Origin: Pontiella sp.
Lineage (GTDB): Bacteria > Verrucomicrobiota > Kiritimatiellia > Kiritimatiellales > Pontiellaceae
Reading direction: 5' to 3'
Assembly: GCA_050290185.1 (NCBI GenBank)
Contig: JBNKHE010000005.1
Coordinates: 32,001 to 96,000 of the forward strand
Length of the DNA stretch: 64,000 bases
Below the pieces are notes generated by a model, which did not search any database, was not told the origin of the DNA, and worked only from the letters and a program-made list of their open reading frames with translations. Shown in pieces: positions 43,384 through 52,256 of this stretch; positions within the stretch are counted from its first letter, which is position 1; the number at the start of each line of letters is the position of its first letter. Position numbers and translations under genes: made by a program.

Positions 43384-44190
43384 TTGGGAATACGACGGAA
43401 ACTACTTCGTGAAGAGAAGCCAATACGAAATACCTGGGGCTATATCAAGGGACGGATGGCCCACCACAAGGTGGATGCGCCGCCTGTTTTTGTGCTGGGA
43501 TGCGGGCATAGTGGAACGTCGATCATGCTGCGCTTGCTGGGCGCCCACAGCAGAATTTATGGCGTATCCTATGAGAGCCGGATCTTCTTCCGGTCCAAGT
43601 TCCAGCGGCGCCTGGCATTCTGGCTTTGGAACCGGAATGCCGTTGCACGCGGAAAACACCGGTGGGTTGAAAAGACCCCTATGCACGTGCAGGTGATTGA
43701 CCGGATCTTCGAGCGTTTTCCCAATGCCAGAATCATTTTTGTCGTGCGGGACGGCCGTGACGCCGTGGTTTCGATGCGCAAACGGTACGGCAATTACGAG
43801 CGAGGCCTGAAACGCTGGCTGGATGACAACCGGGATGGGTTGAAATGGATCAACGATGACCGGGTCATGATGCTGAAGTACGAGGATCTGGTGCGAAACT
43901 ATGAAGAATTCATGCCGCGCGTTTGCGAGTTTATCGGCGAGGAGTTCGAAGAGGACATGCTTTCCTTCCACGAGCAGCCTGCCTATGTTTTCTCGAAAGA
44001 ACTGAGCCATCCCGGTTCCCGGGCTGGAAGAGATCATCAGCAATTCCGCAACTGGCAGATCAACCAGAAACTATTCGATGGTTCCGGAACGTGGAAAAAG
44101 GATATGACCGAGGAGGAAAAAGTCCTCTTCAAGGAGCAGGCTTCGGATCTGCTGATGCAGTTTGGATATGCTGATAACAGCGATTGGTAG
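43384..44190 (+). CDS. Sulfotransferase family protein
   Basis: GCGHSGTS (5'-PSB), WVEKTP, RDGRD...S (3'-PB), KYEDL. Confidence 0.9.
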   Translation: MGIRRKLLREEKPIRNTWGYIKGRMAHHKVDAPPVFVLGCGHSGTSIMLRLLGAHSRIYGVSYESRIFFRSKFQRRLAFWLWNRNAVARGKHRWVEKTPMHVQVIDRIFERFPNARIIFVVRDGRDAVVSMRKRYGNYERGLKRWLDDNRDGLKWINDDRVMMLKYEDLVRNYEEFMPRVCEFIGEEFEEDMLSFHEQPAYVFSKELSHPGSRAGRDHQQFRNWQINQKLFDGSGTWKKDMTEEEKVLFKEQASDLLMQFGYADNSDW

Positions 44191-44242
44191 AGTCTGTATG
44201 CGATTGCATCGAGTCGGAACAGGACTTTTGGGATAGGAGATT

Positions 44243-45028
44243 ATGACTCAGCAAGTAACGAAAAACCGGAAGGGGCTTCGGAAGTTCATCTATAAAGTAC
44301 GCCATTTCCGGTCGGGCAAGCTGTACAAGACCTGTCGCCGAAACTGGGCACGGTTGCGTGGACGGCCGGTTGTCCACTTCCTGCATGTGCGCAAGGCGGG
44401 CGGATCGGCCATAAAAACGGCGTTGGTCCCGCATGCGAAAACCGGCCCCTTCCTTGTTGAATGCCACCCTCATCGCATAGCGATCAACGATATTCCCGTC
44501 GGTGAAAAGGTATTTTTCGTGGTCCGCGATCCGGTCAAACGCTTTGTGAGCGGGTTCAATTCACGACTCAACCAAGGAGCGCCTGCGCACAGTGTGCCGT
44601 GGAGCAAGACCGAGGCCGAAGTCTTTGAACGCTTCCAGACCCCGAACGAACTTGCGCTGGCCCTGGCCAGCGATGATCCGGGGCTTCGTGCGCAAGCCAA
44701 CCAGGCGATGCAGTCGATAAGCCATGTGCGTTCGTCCTACTGGGATTGGTTTGTCGATGAAGAAACGCTGCGCCGCCGGGCGGACGATGTGCTCTGCGTG
44801 ATGAGGCAGAAAAACCTGAATGAAGATTTCAAGCAGTTGGTTGCAAAGCTTCAGCTTCCGGATTCGTTGGACCTGTCCGCCGATCCCATGACCAGCAACC
44901 GTAGCCCCCGGTCCATGAGCCAGGGTCTTGATCCAACTGCGGAGAAGGCGGTTCGGGAATACTATGCCCGCGATTATGCCTTCCTGACGCTTTGCCGCAA
45001 ACTGTTCGGGCTCGAAGGGGATGTATAG
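44243..45028 (+). CDS. Sulfotransferase family 2-like protein
   Basis: FLHVRKAGGS, VRDPVKRFVSGF, YYARDY. Confidence 0.85.
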   Translation: MTQQVTKNRKGLRKFIYKVRHFRSGKLYKTCRRNWARLRGRPVVHFLHVRKAGGSAIKTALVPHAKTGPFLVECHPHRIAINDIPVGEKVFFVVRDPVKRFVSGFNSRLNQGAPAHSVPWSKTEAEVFERFQTPNELALALASDDPGLRAQANQAMQSISHVRSSYWDWFVDEETLRRRADDVLCVMRQKNLNEDFKQLVAKLQLPDSLDLSADPMTSNRSPRSMSQGLDPTAEKAVREYYARDYAFLTLCRKLFGLEGDV

Positions 45029-45052
45029 CGTAGGGGTCGGTCCGGTTGGGCT

Positions 45053-45895
45053 CTACGACTTGCCGCCTTTGGTCTGTAGTAGATAAATCCAACGCCGGAT
45101 GATCCTTGGCGGCGCTTTTACCAGCTCGAGAAACAAGTATTTATACGCGGCTAGTTTCCCGGGGCGTAGCCGGATCACGTGCCAGTGCTTCGAGAAGGTG
45201 TAGCGGATATCCGCTAGGGTCATTGGGCGCTTGATCGCCTTTGTGATGCCGCCTTCCATATAGCGCTTTTGGATCGAATTATGCGGGAATGCCCAGATTT
45301 TTGTCCGTTGAGCGATATCCGTAAAAAAAGGCCAGCGGTGCGATGCGCGAAAACGTCCGTCAAAGCGCAGATCTTTCAAAATCCATGCCGCGATCAAGCG
45401 ACCCTTGTCGCCGCGAAACTTTCCATAGATGTAGTCATCGACGTAGTCGAGCTCGCCTTCTTTCGTGATCGTTGTGCTGGATTTCTTTTTATCCCCGAAG
45501 TTGTTGGACATGAACCAGCCGTAATCCGGATGCTCCCGCATCTTTTCAACGGCGGCCTCGAAAAAGTCCGGCGCATAGATGTCGTCGTCGTCCATGATGG
45601 CAATGAAGTCGATGTCGTCTTCCTGGGCCAGCAGGTCCAAACCTGTGTTGCACGCCTGATTCACACCGCCATTCACTTCGCGCCGCACAAAGCGAACGCG
45701 GGGATCGTCCGCATAGCGCTGTTCAACTTCGGTGTAGTCAACGGTTGAGACATCGTTCACTACCACGACCCGCCAGTGGGGATAGGTTTGTTCTTGTAGG
45801 GAGGTCAACGCCTCTACCAGCAGATCGGGGCGGTTGTAGCTCGGAAGAACTACCGCGATCTGATACTGCTTCTGCGTCGGATCAGTATTCATCAT
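45053..45895 (-). CDS. Glycosyltransferase family 2
   Basis: VVLPSYNR, VVNDVS, NGG, MDDDD. Confidence 0.9.
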   Translation of the reverse strand: MMNTDPTQKQYQIAVVLPSYNRPDLLVEALTSLQEQTYPHWRVVVVNDVSTVDYTEVEQRYADDPRVRFVRREVNGGVNQACNTGLDLLAQEDDIDFIAIMDDDDIYAPDFFEAAVEKMREHPDYGWFMSNNFGDKKKSSTTITKEGELDYVDDYIYGKFRGDKGRLIAAWILKDLRFDGRFRASHRWPFFTDIAQRTKIWAFPHNSIQKRYMEGGITKAIKRPMTLADIRYTFSKHWHVIRLRPGKLAAYKYLFLELVKAPPRIIRRWIYLLQTKGGKS

Positions 45896-45950
45896 TTTAC
45901 TTTGGTAAACGTGCCCATGCACTCTCCAGGGGATGGTAGACCTTTATCTG

Positions 45951-46706
45951 CTAATCTTCCTTCCAGATGTCTTCGAGCCACGGGGTGGGGCGGACATGCT
46001 TGTAAAGCTTCTTCCACGCCTTGGGGGTCGGCCATTCGCCGGCAATGACATCCTCGAGGTCGGGTTTTCCGGTAAAGGCAACGGCTTTGACCTGCTTGGC
46101 CGGAGGTTTCGGCACGACAAAAAAGTTTAACGGCCACTTGGGGATTAACGATTGCTTAAAGCCCATGCACCATTCGATCGGGTACATGGCGAATTCGCCA
46201 AGTGTGCGGCTGCAGAAGGTTTGGCTGTTGACATACTTTTCCAGCATGCCGAGTGGATCGGCGCTGAAGCGGTCCCAAATCTTGGTCAATGCGCCGATTT
46301 CATAGCGGAAGACCGACATGTTGCCGATGCCGGCACCGGGCTGGGTCCAGTTTTCGGCAACGATGTAAGGCTCATCCGGTTTATAGTCAAAAAAGTCATC
46401 AATGGATCCCGTCAGAATCAGATCGAGGTCGAGGTGCAGCACTTTGCCTTTCAGGTCGTAGAGCGATTCCTGAAATAGAAACATGCGGCGGAAACCTTTG
46501 AACCGGAAGGTTTCAGGAAGATCGAAAGGAGGCATGGGTCGCGTTTCAACTTCGGAGCGGAGGCCTGTGGTGTCGTCGGTGATGCAGACAAATCGCAACT
46601 CGCGCGATGTATTGCGGCGCACCATGGAATAGAGCCGATTCACATATTCCGGGCCGTAGCGTTCGCCCCATTTCAGGCATATAACCGTTGCTGGTTGTTG
46701 GCTCAT
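45951..46706 (-). CDS. Putative glycosyltransferase (KWG..YGPEYVN family), paralog of 39842
   Basis: CLKWGERYGPEYVN, LDLD, SVFRY, FTGKP. Confidence 0.7.
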   Translation of the reverse strand: MSQQPATVICLKWGERYGPEYVNRLYSMVRRNTSRELRFVCITDDTTGLRSEVETRPMPPFDLPETFRFKGFRRMFLFQESLYDLKGKVLHLDLDLILTGSIDDFFDYKPDEPYIVAENWTQPGAGIGNMSVFRYEIGALTKIWDRFSADPLGMLEKYVNSQTFCSRTLGEFAMYPIEWCMGFKQSLIPKWPLNFFVVPKPPAKQVKAVAFTGKPDLEDVIAGEWPTPKAWKKLYKHVRPTPWLEDIWKED

Positions 46707-46756
46707 TTAAATCCCCTTGTTCTAATGGATGGTTCCCGGTCGGCTTGCATCCCGTT

Positions 46757-47866
46757 TTAAGTTACGCTGGGATTGACGAGCCGCTCGTAGACACCGATTG
46801 TCTTGTCGACCATTTGATCCAGCAGGAAACGGCTGAGAACATAGTCGCGCAGACCGGTGGATTCAATGTCTTTTTGCCGACGAAGCGCGGTCGCCAGCTC
46901 GTTCGGATTTCCGGGAGAGACCAGAAACCCTGTTTGTCCTTCCTCGATGATATCGAGGGCTCCGCCGTGCCGTGTTGCGATGATGGGCGTATTCATGGCC
47001 ATTGCTTCGATCATGGTGCGGCCAAAGCTTTCCGGCTTCTTTGAACAAGAGATCAGGACATCGGATAGTGCATAGATTTCGGGCATGCGGCTATGGCTGC
47101 CGGCAAAAACCATGCATTTCTCTACGTGAAGTTCCTTGATGAGTGCCTGAAGCCGTTCGTAGTAGGCCTGCTTATCGTGCCGCACCCCTCCGACGATGAG
47201 TCCGCAAATATGCGGTATGTCGCGTGCGCAATCGGCGACGGCGCGGATAAGTGTTTCATAGTCCTTCAACTCGGTAATTCGCCCGACGGCAGTTACGACG
47301 TATTTGTCGTTCAGGTTGTATTCATCGCTGAACGATTCCATCCATTCGTGATCCAGCTGGCCGGGATCGAACTCATTGGGGTCTATGCCGCGATGCACCA
47401 CTGTGATCTTTTCATCAGGGGTGCCGTAGTGGGTCTGAATGTACTCCTTCAACGGGTGGCTGACACAAATGATGGTATCTCCCTTGGTCATGACGGCGCT
47501 GTATTTGCTGACGCTGTTGAAACCATGCACGGTTGTTACGAACGGGAGTTTCAGCGTCTTATTGGCGAACCAGCAGAGCCACGCGGGTATCCGGCTGCGG
47601 ACGTGGAGGATGCTCGGTGCCGGCCGCATGGAGCATAGCGCACGGCGCAGGGCGAGAGCGCGAAAGGGAAAGGAGAATGGATTCTTGGAGCAAACGTCGA
47701 GGGTGATATGCCGGCCGCCATCCTTTTCGATCTGTGCAACCTGGGTACCTCCAGCGGAAATAACGGTCGATGTGTGGCCGCGGAGAACCAGCTCCCGGCT
47801 AAATTCCACGGTGCCGCGTTCGACGCCGCCCTGATTAAGTTCAGGTAGTATTTGAACAATGTGCAT
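46757..47866 (-). CDS. Glycosyltransferase family 4
   Basis: GGVERG, TTVHG, ESFGRTMIEAMA. Confidence 0.92.
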   Translation of the reverse strand: MHIVQILPELNQGGVERGTVEFSRELVLRGHTSTVISAGGTQVAQIEKDGGRHITLDVCSKNPFSFPFRALALRRALCSMRPAPSILHVRSRIPAWLCWFANKTLKLPFVTTVHGFNSVSKYSAVMTKGDTIICVSHPLKEYIQTHYGTPDEKITVVHRGIDPNEFDPGQLDHEWMESFSDEYNLNDKYVVTAVGRITELKDYETLIRAVADCARDIPHICGLIVGGVRHDKQAYYERLQALIKELHVEKCMVFAGSHSRMPEIYALSDVLISCSKKPESFGRTMIEAMAMNTPIIATRHGGALDIIEEGQTGFLVSPGNPNELATALRRQKDIESTGLRDYVLSRFLLDQMVDKTIGVYERLVNPSVT

Positions 47867-48020
47867 GGGAGAAAAAGTACCAGTTTAAAGTTTGGGGTTA
47901 GAAGTCTGTAGTTGGGATTTCCTTCGTCATGGAAGTCGGGCCAGGTCGAAAAGTCCTGCGCAAATCCCTCACCCGCTTTTTTGCTTTTCGTTCGGGGTGG
48001 GTTTAGTGGACTATGCCCCG

Positions 48021-49817
48021 ATGACTTCAGACAAAAATAAATCCGCTTCCATTGCGGAGGTCTACAGGCGGCTGGGGCCGTATATCCGTCCGTATTGGAT
48101 ACGGTTGGCACTTGGCGTTGTTTGCGGACTGTTCTACGGCGCCGCAACCTTCGGGTTGCTGGCGGCTCTTCGCTTTGCCCTGGGTGGCGTTACCGGTGAC
48201 AGCTTGAACTTTTCCTCAATGACCGAGGCGGAAGGGAATGCCGGGGAACTCAGCATGCAACGGCTGATTTTTACGGTTTCGTTTCTTCCCCTGGTTGCCC
48301 TGGCGCAGGGGCTTCTTTTCTTCCTAGGAAAATTTCTGGTCGAATGGGTGGGCAACCGGGTGGTTGCCGATCTGCGGAAACGGATGTTTGAACATATCCA
48401 CGCCCTGCCGATGCAGTTTTTTTCCAGCAACCGGGTTGGGGATCTCATTTCGCGGGTGACGAGCGATACGAGCCTGCTGACCCAACTGGTATCCAATGTG
48501 GTTGGGGATCTGATCCGCGAGCCGTTTACCCTGATCGGCTGTATCGCCTTCATGATTACATTGGACTGGCGTCTGTCGATTATTGCCCTCGTTGTACTAC
48601 CGCTGTGCATCCTTCCGGTTACCGTATTCGGGAGACGTATTCGGAAGGCATCGAAAAAAGGCCAGCGCGGTACCGGCGATATGCTTTCCGTTGTGCAGGA
48701 ATCCGTCGGAGGAGCCCTGGTGGTGAAGGCTTTCCAGATGGAAGCGGAGGAGGTGTCGCGCTTCAAGCAGTTCAATGAAAAGGTATTCAAGATGCAGGTG
48801 CGCCAGTCGCGCGCCCGGTCCATGATGGATCCGGTCATGGTATTTCTCTCGGCGATCGGTCTATCCGGTGTGGTTCTGTTTTCCCATAAGTATAATATTC
48901 CCCTCACGGACTTGCTGGTGTTCGGAGGCGCCATGGTTTCCATGTACAAGCCGGCGAAAAAGCTGAGCCAGATCCATATGCGTATCCAAAAGGGTACGCC
49001 GGGGGTCGAACGTATTTTCGAGGTGCTCGACGAAACCAATACGATTGACGACAAAGCCGATGCCATCCCGTTTGAAGGCCTGGTGGATTCCGTTGAATTT
49101 CGTGATGTGTCCTTCGCTTATGACCAGAAAATGATTCTGGATGGCATCGATCTAAACGTCCGTTCCGGCCAATGTGTTGCCTTTGTCGGCAGTTCCGGTG
49201 CCGGGAAAACCACGCTGGTAAACCTGATTCCGCGCTTCTTCGATGTGACGGATGGACGGGTCAAGATCAATGGCCGCGATGTACGCAACTATACCTTGCA
49301 CTCGTTGCGGGCACAGATTGCCGTCGTGACCCAGCAAACCGTGTTGTTCAACCGCAGTGTGGCGGAAAACATTGCCTATGGATCTCTGGAAGCAACCCGG
49401 GAGCAGATTGAACAGGCCGCCCGTCGTGCCAACGCCCACAAGTTCATCATGGAACTGGATAACGGCTACGATACGGTCATCGGCGAGCGAGGTTCGCTGC
49501 TGTCGGGCGGCATGGCCCAGCGTATGGCGATCGCCCGTGCGTTGCTGAAGAATCCGCCGATTCTGATTCTTGATGAAGCGACCAGTGCCCTCGATACCGA
49601 ATCCGAACGGCTCGTGCAGGGCGCGCTCGACGAGCTGATGAAAGACCGCACCGTATTCGTCATCGCGCACCGGCTTTCCACCATTGCCCATGCCGACTCC
49701 ATCGTCGTGCTCGACAAGGGAAAGATCATCGAGCAGGGCACCCACGCCGAACTGCTCGCCAAGGGCGGGAAATACAAATACCTTTATGACATCCAGTTTT
49801 CGGATGCAGAGGGGTGA
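48021..49817 (+). CDS. msbA: ABC transporter, MsbA-like lipid A flippase
   Basis: TMD + NBD, GSSGAGKT, LSGG, LDEATSALD; LPS context. Confidence 0.8.
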   Translation: MTSDKNKSASIAEVYRRLGPYIRPYWIRLALGVVCGLFYGAATFGLLAALRFALGGVTGDSLNFSSMTEAEGNAGELSMQRLIFTVSFLPLVALAQGLLFFLGKFLVEWVGNRVVADLRKRMFEHIHALPMQFFSSNRVGDLISRVTSDTSLLTQLVSNVVGDLIREPFTLIGCIAFMITLDWRLSIIALVVLPLCILPVTVFGRRIRKASKKGQRGTGDMLSVVQESVGGALVVKAFQMEAEEVSRFKQFNEKVFKMQVRQSRARSMMDPVMVFLSAIGLSGVVLFSHKYNIPLTDLLVFGGAMVSMYKPAKKLSQIHMRIQKGTPGVERIFEVLDETNTIDDKADAIPFEGLVDSVEFRDVSFAYDQKMILDGIDLNVRSGQCVAFVGSSGAGKTTLVNLIPRFFDVTDGRVKINGRDVRNYTLHSLRAQIAVVTQQTVLFNRSVAENIAYGSLEATREQIEQAARRANAHKFIMELDNGYDTVIGERGSLLSGGMAQRMAIARALLKNPPILILDEATSALDTESERLVQGALDELMKDRTVFVIAHRLSTIAHADSIVVLDKGKIIEQGTHAELLAKGGKYKYLYDIQFSDAEG

Positions 49818-49882
49818 GATCGCGATTTGCCCATATATAGCCGAGATCCATGACCTTGATCCACCGTTGTCAATGCGAGCGG

Positions 49883-51193
49883 TTACACCTTGATGTTGAG
49901 GCGCGGTAAGTAGAGGCGGCGGCGGGCGGTTTCGCCGGGCAGCAGATTCAGCTTGCGCCATGGCAGCTCGGTGCGGTCGTTGGCGGGTACATCGGCAATA
50001 CCGAGCGATGCGCCTGAAAAAACCGTATGCTTTCCGAAGTGCGCATTGATTTCATCGATCGTCTTGGCCAGCCGCTCATACTTCTCGATCTTCAGCCGGT
50101 CGTCGAACAAATCGAACTGGACGCTTTCGGCGGTTTCAAGGCGGGTGAGCCAGATCTGGGTGGTGCGGTATTCCATGCCCGGACGGAACAGTTTTTCGAA
50201 CAGCTCCTGCACGACCGGCAGCACCTCTTGCGTGGAGTCGGTGGCGCGGTTGAGCCGTGCGCCGAAACCGAATTGCTGGTAGTCCTTGAAGCGCAAAGCT
50301 ACGTAAATCTCCTTCGAGCGCTGCTTGTGACGGCGCAACCGGATAAAGGCCGATTCCACGTTGCGCACTAGCTTGGCGTAGACGAAGGTCTTATCGGACG
50401 AGGGCGTTGTGAAGGTCTTGCCCTTGCCAATGGAGACGTTGGCCGGCTTGGGGTGGGGCGTGACGGGCAGGAGGTTGACGCCGCGCAGCTCGTGCCAGAT
50501 TTCCTTCCCCGGTTTGCCGAGCAGTTTGTGCGCCCATTTTTCGGGGCGCTGGACAAAGTCCCACGCCGTCTGCAGGCCATGCTTGCGCAGCAGCTCAAAG
50601 GTGTTGGGGCCGAATCCCCAGACTTCGTTTAACGGGATGCGTTGCAGAAAGAGGTGGATATGCTTGCCTCGAACTGCGGTGATGCCCTCCGGCTTACGGT
50701 AGTCGGACGCAATCTTGCACAGTCCCTTGGAGAGGCTCAGCCCGACCGATACGGTCAGGTCGAGTTCCTTGTGAATATCGGACTGGATGCGGGCGGCGAT
50801 GTCGGGGTAGGACATGTGGTGCAGGCGGCGCAGGCCGGTGATGTCGGCGAAGCCTTCATCGATCGAATATTCCTCCACGACGGGGGTGTAGCGCCGCATA
50901 ATCTCGAACATGCGCTTGGAATAGATGCTGTAGCTTTCGTAGTCGCTCGGCAACACCACCAGATCGGGACACTTTTTGCGTGCCTCCCACAAGCCGAGCC
51001 CGCGCTTGATGCCCTGCGCCTTCGCCTCGTAGCTCGCGCAGGCAATAATCCCGCGCTCCTTGCCGCTCACCACCGGCCGTCCCTTCAGCGACGGATGCAT
51101 CGCCTGCTCAACCGACGTAAAAAACGCGTCGCCGTCCACATGCAGAATTGCCTGAGGAAACGAACGCTGCATAATGGGCTGTTCCTGTTTCAT
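49883..51193 (-). CDS. Y-family DNA polymerase (DinB/UmuC-like, with UmuC-type C-terminal extension)
   Basis: HVDGDAFFTSVE, SYEAK, YSIDE, VWGFG; tail IDEINAHFGKHTV...W...LP. Confidence 0.93.
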   Translation of the reverse strand: MKQEQPIMQRSFPQAILHVDGDAFFTSVEQAMHPSLKGRPVVSGKERGIIACASYEAKAQGIKRGLGLWEARKKCPDLVVLPSDYESYSIYSKRMFEIMRRYTPVVEEYSIDEGFADITGLRRLHHMSYPDIAARIQSDIHKELDLTVSVGLSLSKGLCKIASDYRKPEGITAVRGKHIHLFLQRIPLNEVWGFGPNTFELLRKHGLQTAWDFVQRPEKWAHKLLGKPGKEIWHELRGVNLLPVTPHPKPANVSIGKGKTFTTPSSDKTFVYAKLVRNVESAFIRLRRHKQRSKEIYVALRFKDYQQFGFGARLNRATDSTQEVLPVVQELFEKLFRPGMEYRTTQIWLTRLETAESVQFDLFDDRLKIEKYERLAKTIDEINAHFGKHTVFSGASLGIADVPANDRTELPWRKLNLLPGETARRRLYLPRLNIKV

Positions 51194-51328
51194 GATTGAT
51201 TGGACTCACACAAAGCCGCAAAGCTTTGTATTACTACCCCTAGACTCCTTCGTGCCGTGGTGCCTTTGTGTGAGAATATTCGGCTGTCCGGGGTTGTTTT
51301 CGTGTTCTTCGTTTCTTCGTGGTTAACC

Positions 51329-51922
51329 CTAATCGCGGCCGTATTTCCGGACGACGGCGCGGACGATGCCTCCGATGCTCAGGGAACGCTCGGGGCGTAT
51401 GCGGGTATATTTCGCGTTGGCAGGGTCGAGATAGACGCCGGTTTTGTCCTTTCCGAAATATTTCATCGTCCATTCTCCGTCGATCTGGGCGATGACAATG
51501 TCGTTCTGCTTCGGCGCGCCGCCTTTTTCCACGAGAACAAGGTCGCCGGGCTGGATGCCGGCTTCGATCATGGAGTCTCCGCTGACGGTCAGCAGATAAG
51601 TCGCCTCCGGGCGGCGCACGAGATACTGGTCGAGATTGATGGTGTCGACCAGCTCCTCCTCGGCGGGTGAGGGGAATCCCGCCTGAACTGCGCCGAGCAG
51701 CTTGATTGCGCCGGTGATTTTCTTGGTCAGCACCACGCTGCCGTTGCTGTTCCGTTCAAGGTAGCCCAGTTCGACCAGCTTGTTGACGGGACCGTAGACG
51801 GCGTTTTTCGACTTGTAGCCGAACAGCTTCGCCATTTCGGCATAGCTCGGCGCGCGGCCCTCCTCCTGATGGAAGGCCCGTAGCTGCTCGATCTTTTCAG
51901 TGATATTTATTTTCTTAGGCAA
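51329..51922 (-). CDS. lexA: LexA/UmuD-like S24 autopeptidase with N-terminal winged HTH
   Basis: GRAPSYAEMA HTH, A81-G82 in AGFPSPA, Ser117 (GDSM), Lys154 (TMK); TTG start with GGAG. Confidence 0.85.
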   Translation of the reverse strand: MPKKINITEKIEQLRAFHQEEGRAPSYAEMAKLFGYKSKNAVYGPVNKLVELGYLERNSNGSVVLTKKITGAIKLLGAVQAGFPSPAEEELVDTINLDQYLVRRPEATYLLTVSGDSMIEAGIQPGDLVLVEKGGAPKQNDIVIAQIDGEWTMKYFGKDKTGVYLDPANAKYTRIRPERSLSIGGIVRAVVRKYGRD

Positions 51923-52045
51923 GGTAAACGTACTCCGTAGTTCGTACTGCTTATTGCTTGCTACGGAGGGTTTATATTCATCACGTAGATGCCGCGGGAA
52001 AAAGCCTCTCCGCCCTCTCTAATTAAGCAGTACTTTCAATTAGAC

Positions 52046-52075
52046 CTTCATAACTGAACGATCGTTCAGTTTCAA
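52046..52075 (-). promoter_or_regulatory. Promoter with perfect 20-bp palindromic operator
   Basis: - strand TTGAAA-CTGAACGATCGTTCAGT-TATGAA; palindrome AACTGAACGATCGTTCAGTT at 52052-52071. Confidence 0.7.
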
Positions 52076-52256
52076 TTGCAAAGTGCAGGAAGGGGTTGTT
52101 TTTTGATGGACGGAGGCGAAGTACCCTTAATGTAGATTCCGCTTTCCCGCACGCAGGGAACGCGGCCATCCTTCACCAGGGCTTCGGCATGGCAGGCAGA
52201 GGGCGTCGCGATGCGTTTGTGGAACCGGCCCGTGTCTATCCGGGGACAATGATCGG

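Noticed and set aside
52170..52197. CCTTCACCAGGGCTTCGGCATGGCAGGC, resembling a dispersed REP-like repeat
   Set aside because: Single copy in this window, so repeat status cannot be supported without a genome search.
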